Assembly: GCA_973895155.1 (NCBI GenBank)
Contig: OZ316896.1
Coordinates: 20,386,754-20,450,753, forward strand
Length of the DNA stretch: 64,000 nt
Source of the DNA: Marsupella aquatica
Taxonomy: Eukaryota; Plantae; Marchantiophyta
Reading direction: 5' to 3'
Positions 12,225-22,661 of the stretch are shown here, piece by piece (positions within the stretch are counted from its first letter, which is position 1; every line of letters starts with the position of its first letter). The position numbers were made by a program, and so were the translations under genes. The notes beneath the pieces were generated by a model. It worked only from the letters and a program-made list of their open reading frames with translations. It was not told where the DNA came from and searched no databases.

Positions 12225-14312
12225 CTTTTCGAAGGTTGGCACCATAGCCTGTAGGAAACCGCATCTCTCCTATACGGTTCCGAAATTCACGTCTTTGGCC
12301 AACACTCAACACCCAAGGAGCAGAAGGACGATTCTCCACACCTGTGATAGGATCAGTTGTCATCCAAAGATCTGGATGCATTTCCATCTCCTCGCATGCC
12401 TCCCTAAAATTAGTGTCCTTCTCCCCATAAAAATGCTTTATCAAAGCCTTCCCCACATTTCCCTCTATGTGCATGGGGTCTAAAAGATGGCGGATCTTCA
12501 ACTTAGATCAATAGGGCAAAGTGGCTAGTATACTCCACCTGGTCAAACCTGTCCTATCAAAGGTGAAGGAATCATTTGGGTCTGCCACCCTATCAGCTAG
12601 TGACTTCCAATGTGCAAAACTTGTTGCATCAGGAATTTCACGCTCATCACCAAATGGCATGTCAAAGGAGGAGAATAGAAGTGGGTCAAACCTCATCTCA
12701 TGCCCCATGGGAAGAAACTTTGTATGCCCAATATAAACAATCTTTCTAATCCATGAACAATATGTGGCCATGTCCTCTAAGCTTGGGCCACAAGTAGAGC
12801 AAGCTTTGTACCCCTGAGTTTGCAATCCAGAGACAAAACCAAACCCTGCTTACATAGAAGAAATCAAACCATGCAAACTTTATGTTAGGGTTGTCACATG
12901 AGAAACAACAATAGGAACTACACATTATTGAAGGGTTGCAAATGGCATGGAAGTCATCTTACCAGGATAGTCATGCATTGTCCAACATATGATCCCTCTC
13001 AATTGAAAGACACGTGGAAAACCTCTTGTAATTTTCCTACCATCATATGCCCACACTCCATTCCATAATTTTTGAAGTTCTCCAACCAATAGTGCCAAGT
13101 AAGTGTCAAAGTTCTTCACTTTTTTTGGACCTGGGATAATCAAAGATAATAAAAGGAACCCCTTCTTCATGGATAGCCATGGTGGGAGGTTATAATTCAT
13201 GACAACCACAGGCCAAACTGATGTAGGTTGCCCCTTTCCTCCAAGTGAATGAGGGCTAACTCCATGAGATGCCAATCCTAGCCTCACATGGCGAGGATCA
13301 TGTGCAAAGTCTGGCCATGTTGCCTCAATATGTTTGTGAGCAGGGGAGTCAACTGGCAACCGCATGACACCAGACTCTGATCGATGAGTCTTATGCCATA
13401 CCATCAACTCTGCCAAGTCAGAACACCGATACATGTGCAACAATCGAGGAATGATGGGAAACCAACGAACAACCTTCCTTGGCACCTTCTTTGTTAGCAT
13501 GTTGGGGTCATAGCGAGGCTCATCACATGTTGTACATTGTGTCATGTTTGCATTGGCCCCATGAAATAACATGCAATCATTCACACATGCATGAACAATA
13601 TGATATTCCATGCCAATAGATGAGAGAACACTTTTTGCCTCCTTCCAAGTTGCTGGCAACACATTCTCAGTGGGTAACATAAGGTCATGGCAAAGTGCAA
13701 ACATATCAGATAACAAGGCATTGCTTGCCTTGTGTTTGGCCTGTAGGTTCATCAACCCCAAGATGGCTGAAAGACGACTCAAACGAGCACCCTCATAGAT
13801 AGGTGTTCGGGCATGTTCCTCTGCTTCTTCCCATTGGCGTTGTCCCTCAGGGGTATGTCTTGGGCGTGGATCATTGGGGGGCACCTGCCCTTCATTGGGA
13901 AGGTCATCACCAGGGTTGTCGGCACCAAACCAATCAACCATAAAGTCATCCATGGCTCTATCCTGGTCATCAGTTACTTGTTCATCCGTTTGAGGTACCT
14001 CTTCATCAGGGTTACTGCTTCCACTAGCACTTGATGAGGAGTGTGACTCTGATCCATGCCCTTCTTCTGGCATACCCATTTCTTGATATGTTGCTCTCAA
14101 TCTCCGTGGTAACATATTTGGAGAGGGTCGCACATTCTAAAAACAAAGCAAACAATTGAAAGTTATATTGCAAAGAGAACACACACAAAAATGGGCTAGG
14201 GGTGTGCAAAAATGAAATAATATTGGTTGTGGTGCAAATACAAAATGTGGCCAAAGGCCATATGTAGTGTCCTTTGATATGCAACATACCACCTATGACC
14301 CTTAACTTAACC

Positions 14313-15465
14313 CTAATCCCACTCATAGTGAGTAAATAACTCGTCCCCTGAGTTAATGGTCCTCGTTGCTACAACTAGGCAATGGTCATGATGATATGTC
14401 TGGCCATAAGGTGCTGGCGGAGGACCCTCAATGAAAACCCACTCACAATTTTGCCTACGCTTAGGGCGAGTCCCCACGGTACTGTTTATGAAACCAACAA
14501 TATTCCCAGTCCGTATGGGGTCCCCATCTATGACACGCTGCTCACTATACCTTCTAGTGTTTCCATCAAAAGTATCCATGTCCAATGCATAAGTCTTCCA
14601 CTCAGGGTGTTGTGCAAGGATCATGTTCCAATGTCTTCTCTTGTAGATGGGTCCACCATAAGGAAACAAAGTAGGCCCCTCTCGGCTGCGTCCACCTCTA
14701 CCACTCTTGGCGTCCACAATGATGTCCTCACAGGCAAAAACTCCATAGCCATGTCTATCCCCAAGTGTGGAAGGTTTGATAACCCAACGTCTACCCCAAA
14801 CCTCTACCTCCTCACCATAGGAAAGCTCTTGTGGCAAACCAAGAGTCTCAGGATCCCAGTCCTTGATGATAGGGACACATCTGCCAGTGAACTCACAATC
14901 ACCCCACCTACCCGTAACCACTGCCTTGTACAAATCAGTATCCCCTCGGGCCCGCCTCTTGGAACGCTGTCTCCCTCTTGGGACAATAGCCTCAACCCCA
15001 ACTTCCCTAGGACTGGTGGGCCTTGCCGCTAGACCCAAGGCTTTTGAGAATGCATTGCCTATAGCATCTAGAACACCTTGTGATGGGACATAGGGTGCTT
15101 GTGCCGCAGGTCTAGGCCTATTGGATACCTATTCCACCGAAACCAAAACAAACAAAAGTAGGTGTGAAATTAAAAACCTTCAACCATTGAGTAATGGGAA
15201 TAGGGTAGGAAAACTAAGGCATAACACTTACCATATGAGATGAAGAAGCCCCTATCGTATGATGTCCACAACGCCCATATCTCTCAATATGTTGGGCACA
15301 TATGTAAGATTTTTGGGAAACCTGACCCACACATCTGGAACATTCACAAAGTTGACGGGGTGGACCGCGAGGAGGAGGTGCGGTCGTGTGATGTTGAGGT
15401 GGAGGTGGTGTATCTTCATCAGAGGAGGACGAGTCTGTGGTGGAGATTTCAGAAAATGAAGACAT
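14313..15465 (-). CDS. CACTA-borne SET-domain protein (exons 15465-15232 + 15128-14313; 349 aa predicted)
   Basis: SET motifs GYGVFA, FPYGG, IDGDPIRTGNIVGFINS, VVATRTINSGDELFTHY. N-terminal exon has CECSRC..H. Phase-0 GTAAGT donor at 15231 and AG acceptor at 15130-15129. Frame is open throughout. Confidence 0.88.
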
Positions 15466-16129
15466 ATCCCCTGTAACAAGATATAATTAAAATGGGCATG
15501 TTATGACCAAAACATACCACAAAATGATATAAATCAAAGTTCCCAAATAATGATGACAAGAAACCCAAACCAAAATGACCATAGCAATAAAAAAGGTACC
15601 TTTATGAGACCCGGGCTCAGCAGTGCCAATAGGTCTTGTGGCTCTAAGATAATTAATGAACCCAATCTGAAAGTATGAGGGAAAAACTGCAACCATTCCA
15701 TGTATATGTAAGCACAATAATCTGGACCAGACAAGAACAAAAAACCCTACATACATGTCCCCTTTATACATAGTGGCAACCAAAAGTGTTAAGTACATGA
15801 AAGGAACACTTGAGCCGATCATGCAATGTTTACCTTTCAGATGCCCGGGCTCTCACAATGCATATGCATTAGTATCAAATCATCAAAAAGTGCCGCACCC
15901 TACAAGCTATCATATATTCCCCTCCTTTGTTAGCAAAACCCATGCCAATCCCTTTTTGATTCATAAACCCAATGAACCTCTCTTAAACCCAAAAGGCTGC
16001 AATATAAATCTCATGAAACCTTGCTTTGTCTTATCCAAACTTTCAACCCCAAACCGCATCCTACCTATTAAACCTAAATCTGACTTACACACAAACCCAA
16101 ACCTTTCTTCAACCCTAGAGACCTTTCTA

Positions 16130-16300
16130 TTAAAAAACCCCAAACCCTAAAACCCTAAACCCAAACCTTACTTATTTCTTGTAAACCAAATCCCACACCT
16201 TTATTATTTCTTCTAAACTAATGTAAACCCAAACCTTAGCCTAAACCAACACCATACATAACCCATTAACCTGAAATCTGCCTAACCCTTCAAACCCGCC
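16130..16300. repeat. Degenerate telomere-like (AAACCCT) tract between the divergent CACTA-1 genes
   Basis: AAACCCCAAACCCTAAAACCCTAAACCCAAACCTT and further AAACCC units; a homologous longer tract is present in CACTA-2. Confidence 0.6.
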
Positions 16301-16765
16301 TTCAACTATTATCTAACACCCAAAACATGGCCAAAAAGCATTCCAAATATGAGTATAGAGGGGTCCACTTCACCTTTGAAAAAAACCCTTTCAAATGAAA
16401 CCAACATTCCCCCCAGGACGAGTTGCCAATGTCTTGCGAAGCCGCTTCCTTCGCAAATACCATCACAAATTAGAATTGAGTTTTGCGAAGCTGCTGCTTT
16501 CGCACGACCTTCAGAAAAACAGAGCCCGAGAGCATTTCTGCAAGAGAGCAAAGGTGTTGCGAAGCCTTTCATGTTGCAATGGTTTCGCAAAATTGAGAAA
16601 CTACATGCGAAACTAGAAGGATCGCAACTTGCAAAACAGGTTGCTTCGCAAGTCTTTCCCGCTTGTACTTTTGCACTCTGCCGCGGCGTACTCAGCGGCA
16701 TTTGACAAATTTCAAGCGTAGGGAGGGAGAAGGGAGCTTGCGCGCGCTCGGGGGGTGGCTTAGCT

Positions 16766-18722
16766 ATGGATTCCAGTGGAGCAAATGGAGGTGATTTGGC
16801 AGGGGTGAGTGACAGTGGCAATGGGAATGAAGGCAATGGGGAGCAGGAGAGGAATCGATGGACCGATTTGATGGCTGAGCACCTCAATGCAGCACAGTTG
16901 AGCCACTTAGATTTGACTACACCAGCAGGGATTGCTTCTTTGAGTGCAATCCTAGGGCAAGCCTTGCAAACGGGAGTAGATGCAGGGAACATTGCAAGGG
17001 AGGAGGAGCAAAGGAGTGCAGCTCAACAGAAGGCAAGAGAGAAGAAGCGTAAGAAGGAGGAGAGGGCCAAGGCAGGAGTAGTCTCACCTGCTGCCCTAGA
17101 AAAGAAGAGGAGGAGAGAGGAACGAGATGAGATAAGAGCACAGCGGGAGGAGCAGCGAAAGAAGGAGGAAGAGAGGAAGAAGCTGCCTATGATTGCCTTG
17201 ATCGAAGGCATTCCTACTGAACTGGCCTACACCGGGGCAAAGAGCACTATCAGGCTTATGGTGCGCTCCAATTTTGCACGAGGAGTTGAGTGGGGGAAAC
17301 TCAGCAAGGCAGACCAGAAGAAAATAATGAGTCAAATCAAAGATTCATTTCGAAATGGAGCAGAGATTGATGAACAGTGGCTTGCAGATAGAATTTCCAA
17401 TTCAATGTCTCAAGCACGGTACCATGATAGGAAGAAGGTAAGGGCCTACCTGGCAAACTTGGAGGAGTACAGAAACATGAGGAGGCCACTGCAATTCACT
17501 GAGGACGTGTGGAATGCCTTTTACAAAGTGGAGGTGCAGATGAGAGCTGCCAGGAACCTTCTCTTCTGGAAGGAGATGGAAGCCAAGGCACAGAAGGCCG
17601 GGAAGTCCGACCGAGACCTCAAGGCAATGGCTGAGAAGGTGTCTCACATGCAGCACATTGTGGATGAAGTGGGGGCACCACCCCAAAAATTCATCCTTGC
17701 AGCTGAGCGAGTCAGCAAATGGCCCAAGACCACGCACAAGATGGGCCAAGGTGGACTTCCCGGCCTCAAAGCACACTTTGTGAGTGGGCCCTCTCCTCCC
17801 CTGCTTCTGTTTCCTTGCTTTCAATTGCTATCCAAACCTGCAATGCCCCCCTGCATACCTCTTGTTTCTTTCTTACGGCCTGCCTTGTACTTTAGGTCAC
17901 CCTGACACATTGCGTGCCTTAGAGATTTCTCGGATTAAAAAAAAACAGAGTTTGCGAAGCTTTTGCGATGCGGGTTGCTTCGCAAATGTTTCGCAAAGTC
18001 TATCATGGCATTTTTTAAAGTTGTAGATGCGAAGCTATTGCGAACTAACCCACTTCGCAAACTACTTCGCAAACAGCCAGTTTATTTGAATTTGCGAAGT
18101 GGGGAGTTTTGCAAGTGTGTATTATGTTTAAAAAATACTGCTAAGGGTTATTGAGCCCAGTTTTGTGTTAGGGGGCACCCTATTAGCACCTCCATGCATT
18201 TTTCTTGGGTTTATGGCATATTAACCTCGATCGATTTTGGTTTTGGAATGTTTGGTTGTGGTAGTATAAGAGGTACCGCAGGAAGATAACAACAAAAGAG
18301 ATGGAGATAGGAGCTGCGCATGGAGCCAAACATCTCTTTGACTTGGTTGACGCAAAGTTGGCGACTGTAAGTGCATGTATCCCCTCAGTTTTTCCCACCC
18401 AATCCACTTATCTTTTCATTCTGTAAACCTAAACCAATTTGGCGTTGTGCTGTGCAAACAGGATGATGAGGATGCCAGTGATACCAGCAGCACCGATGAG
18501 AACAATGAGGGGACCATGACAAAGGGGCCCACGGTAGGAGGGAGTAGTGGATCTGGACCAGTAGGAGGAGTTTCCCAGCAGGAGGGGGAGGAAGAGGATG
18601 AGGACGAGGAGGAACCAGATGTGGAGGAGCAGCCAGCACCACCTCCTGTGCCACGTCCGGATCGTCGCAAGAGGGACAAGGGGAAGAGGCCGGCGACAAG
18701 GAGTAGCAGGACCCCATTCTAG
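16766..18722 (+). CDS. CACTA second gene, TnpA/Ptta-like (exons 16766-17779, 18265-18366, 18462-18722)
   Basis: Three GT-AG exons with the same structure as in CACTA-2. Motifs WGKLSK..IKDSF..DEQWLADRISNS..RYHDR and HKMGQGG resemble the plant Ptta/En/Spm family. Acidic then basic C-terminal tail. Appears intact. Confidence 0.75.
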
Positions 18723-19407
18723 AGCTTGGTGGTGTAGTGCCTATGGGATGCCCATTTACTTAGTGTAGTATATAGTTTTGATATGGGTAGTCTTATAGGG
18801 ACCTAGCTTGTCATATGACACCCATCTAGGGTTTAGGGTTTAGGAAACCCTAATTTTTGTGTACCTATCAATTTTCTATAAAGCCATTTTGATTCAGACC
18901 TCATTCTCCGTGTTGGACAACAAGACCCCAACTATAATTCAAAACTCTAAATCTAAACCCTAGCCTCAAGACAGCTTGCGAAACCTATGCGAACAACCCA
19001 AATCGCATATTTACCATACTGAAGGTATCGCAAACATTATGCAAACCACATAAGTTCACACAAATGCGAAGCGATCTTCATGGCATAACTACCATTCACT
19101 TAATATCGCAAACATATTTCCAAACTCCTGGGATTGCAAATATTGAACTGCTTGATTATTATCGCAAGCCTCTCGCGACGCCCATGGAGTCGCTTAAATG
19201 TGAGTCCTTTGCGATTCTATTAGTGTCGCAAGTTGCGAAGGCGTTGCGAAGGTCTTGCGAAAGACCGGATGCGAACCTTTGGGCTTCGCAGTTTGCGATT
19301 CTATTGCGATGCGCGATACTTTGCAAAGACGAGTTTTGTTTTTTGATTTCCTTTGTTGTTTGCTATGCTTTCAAGTTCGCAAAGGTGTAGGTAGTGTTGT
19401 AGTGACT

Positions 19408-19528
19408 CCCATGGGAAGCTCCTTCCAGACTCCCTAACATGCAGTCCTCATCACCTTGGGGCACAACAGCGAGAATTTTTTAAAGATATTTTTACAGACC
19501 CCCATGGGAAGCTCCTTCCAAAATCCCT
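19408..19528 (+). repeat. ~94-bp tandem duplication; the first unit (2114-2179 + 19408-19434) is split by CACTA-1
   Basis: TAACATGCAGTCCTCATCACCTT(A/G)GGGCACAACAGCGAGAAT..TTTAAAGATAT..TTAC(G/A)GAC(T/C)CCCATGGGAAGCTCCTTCCA occurs across the insertion junction and again intact at 19435-19528. Confidence 0.9.
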
Positions 19529-22500
19529 GGAAGCATGTGCTGCCACATCAGCACTATTGGTCACAAACAAGAAGGGTTTGTTATACAAAAAGTACCAAAC
19601 AAGACTATGTATGTTTGAGACAAGTAAAAAAAAAAATTAGACCTTGTAACTGTACAAACAATGGAAAAATGAAAAGTAACTTTTCAGATAAAAAGAAAGG
19701 GGTGAAAAGAAATTAACCTTTGGATGGATTGTGATTGATATATCAAATGTTTTCTATTTAATTAGCAAGTTTTGGAATAACCGTGGGTAGAAAAAAACTC
19801 TTCAACTATTATAACATTTACCAAGTTAACATGAGAAACCCTTTGGCAACTATGGACAAAATAATCCCAAGAGAACATAAGAAACCCTTCAACTACTATG
19901 GAAAAAAGAATACCAAAGAAACGTAAGAAACCCTTCTACTTCTATGACACATTTTGCATGTCCTCTATGGACATAGGAGTACCGAAAGAATGTTGTGCAT
20001 GGACTACTACCATGAAAAATCTACTCTTCTTTTCCATCTCCATATTCACAGCTATTCCAGTATGCAACTCTTCATATGCTCTAACTTAGTTGTTGAATAA
20101 CATCAAACTTAAATAACCAACGGGTACTCTAACTAATTGGGGATCTGGACCTCAGAAGTGTGCAGTCGACGTTATAGATGATCCCAAAATAAGACTAACT
20201 GGGAGTAACTAATTAACCAGGAGAAAACATAGATAAATTAACTAATCAAGCAGGACGAATGAACTTTCATGTCATTAAGACTGTAGTATTCTGGAGGGAA
20301 GAGGCACATAAACCAGAAGACCAGATGGAAAATATTTCTCGCTCCCGTTCAACAGTACAGCTGTTTTTGTGTTGTTTTTGGAGCGTTTTCGAGGTGATCG
20401 CAGATTGAGAAGAAGCATTGGATGGAAACCAGTGGCCAAATGGTACACTAGTTGTTCGCACATTGCGGAATTGCATTCACATTGCGGCATTGCAATCGTC
20501 CCCTCGTCTCCTCCGCTTCCCAGAGGTACTCACTCATCAAGAGGCTGTCACCTCACCTGGCTGTCTGTCAATCTTCGGTACCTCTTTCTCTACAGTAGTA
20601 AAGATTGTTGTAAATCATACGACAGCTTGCTTTGAGGAGTGATCTTAATGATGCTGTGTTTCCCATTGTTGAAATGTCGTGCATGGAAGACTGTGTTTAG
20701 AGGAGCAGTCGGATGGAGTTTTGGTCGGGGCTGCGACTGTCGTCGTTTGGAAGTTTTTTTTAGCAGGCGTGATCGTGAAGGTTGCCTCTCTCGTGACTTC
20801 TGGCCTGAATTTCTCAATGAATATTGTTTGACTGATCACCTCTACTCAAGGTTGAGAAGTTGCCATACAGTTACCAGATTCTCTCGAGTTTTTTTCTGTG
20901 GATATTTGGTATTGGACTGAGGTGTAATTGTCCTTCCTGTGAAAGTGCTCTGAATTTCGGAAGGTTGTGGTCTCCCTCATCAGAATCAGCACATATCTGC
21001 TTGTTGGTGGGACTATCTTGCCAAATGAGGTTTGCAGTATGATTTAATGTGTTGACTTATCGATCAAGCCAACGTGGTCGTGCTAAGAACCTGTTTTATC
21101 TTGCGTGTCTTTTGGAGGAGGGTTTTGTATGCTTCTGTTACTCTATACGGAGTATTTATTACTATCTCTTGGCCTTCTGAACGTTTTCTTGGCTTTCGTT
21201 GGTCCTCTCTGGACCCCTTTCTCTGTTTCTTGTTGTAGTTTGTTGGCCCTTTTTCAGTAAAGGTTGTTTTCTTTGTGTATTTGAAAAAGTTTTCTATTCC
21301 TCTGTCCCGGCCCCATCACCCTGGGCCAAAGTCTCGCCAGTCCTATTTCATCAGTGTTACTTCTCATGGGTTCCCGGTTTGGCGGCCTGAACCTTATTTC
21401 ATCAGTAAGGTTGTTCCGTCCACCGTTTTGAGCTATCGAGAGGTTGACAGCAGGTTTGACTCGTCGAGGACCACACTAGTGAGAATAAGATGCTTTAGAA
21501 ACCCCAGACGTTTCAGATTCTGCTGACATCGGCAGTGAGAAAGAAGACAGGGACGACTGAAAACTGTATAAAAGGTTTCGTTCCCCCCACTAGAAAGATA
21601 TTCAGAAGGACTTGCACGGTGGCGCACTCCTCAATACAAATCTCCTTTCCCTTTCTCATTTTAGAGTACAGAACTGAAGTACGTGTAGGCTAGTATGTGG
21701 TAAAAGTTCGAGGAAGGCCGTAACGTTGGAGACAAAGGCTGTTGGAGAAGATGCCATCCGTCAGTTTGGTAGATTTACAATTATCTTTGTTCCAGGGTTC
21801 TTTCCTCGAGATTGCATTTTCACCTGGTCCCACTTGTCCTTGCGTTGAAGGTGGACGAATATTCTATCTACTTGCTTTGCTCATGGAAAGACCAAAATTC
21901 GTTAGCCTATGGAATGGGAATCAATTACTGTTCCGTGTGCCCGAGGAATCAAGGTAGATTGCTCGGGCACTGTTATCTGGTTCAGTGCAGTACTTGGTGA
22001 ATGTCGTAAACGCCAAATAGACCTAGCTACTAACAGCTGGGATCTTCTCCTCTTGTTGGTTCTACTCACATTTCCCATCTGTGTGTATAGTTGTTCCTCA
22101 TTGTGAAGAAGGACCATATTTTTCTTGGTTGATTTTGGACGATTTGGGGTAGAGATTGTGTGATCTCCAGTTGTGGTCCACATCATTCAATTTTTTCGTC
22201 TCACTAGTTGCAATCTCTGCCAGCTCCTCTGTTGGCGTCAGGAGGGTTTCGGAGCAATCCATCGCCTCTGCTCTCCTCGTGCTCCCGTAAGTCATCGGCA
22301 ATTCGCAACCATCTGGGATGATGCTATGGATGCAAGATCTCACAATTTCTCGGAATATTCTGTTAGAATCTAGACAGATGTCATCTCACAATCGTGATAT
22401 AATTCTGGCTCCGTATTACATTCTTGTCTGTTGCCCACGAAATCCTGTCTGCCACAAAATTTCTTGGGTAATCTCATCTCAGGAAGTGTGCTTGGCAGCA

Positions 22501-22661
22501 GAGAGCATCAGCAGGAATCCTATCATGTCGAGATCTATGGAGGAGTAGCAAGATTGGAAGGACGAAGGGAGGTAGACGACCAACGGCAAGATTGGAGAAC
22601 TGGGAGATGAGAAGAGGAGCAGCATGAAGAAAATTGTATAGCTTTCGAAGCTTTTTCGAGA

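Larger units (their letters stand above)
3071..15465 (-). pseudogene. CACTA TnpD-type DDE transposase, disrupted (coding segments 15465-15232, 14136-12963, 12845-12225, 7975-7412, 4088-3806, 3560-3071)
   Basis: Motifs IVHACVNDCMLF, WPVVVMNYNLPPW, TMHDYPG, DPMHIEGNV, FFDCQVHLLVHL, GPVHCRWMYWLERYM, RNRARVEGSI. Lesions: LASDG is LASHG (first catalytic D lost), TGA at 12508-12510 where copy 2 has W, and two nested insertions. Confidence 0.93.
2180..19404. mobile_element. Full-length CACTA (EnSpm) DNA transposon, copy 1 (with two nested insertions)
   Basis: 5' CACTACAACA at 2180-2189 and 3' TGTTGTAGTG at 19395-19404 form a perfect 10-bp TIR. 3-bp TSD ACT at 2177-2179 and 19405-19407. Dense subterminal TTGCGAA/TTCGCAA repeats. 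Internal EnSpm transposase exons. Confidence 0.97.

Noticed and set aside
14382-15032. 216-aa antisense ORF over the SET exon
   Set aside because: Shadow of the SET frame; it is much shorter in copy 2 (48023-48325).
19600-22600. Possible additional host gene
   Set aside because: Only short ORFs without recognisable motifs or a consistent exon chain; a non-coding transcript cannot be excluded.
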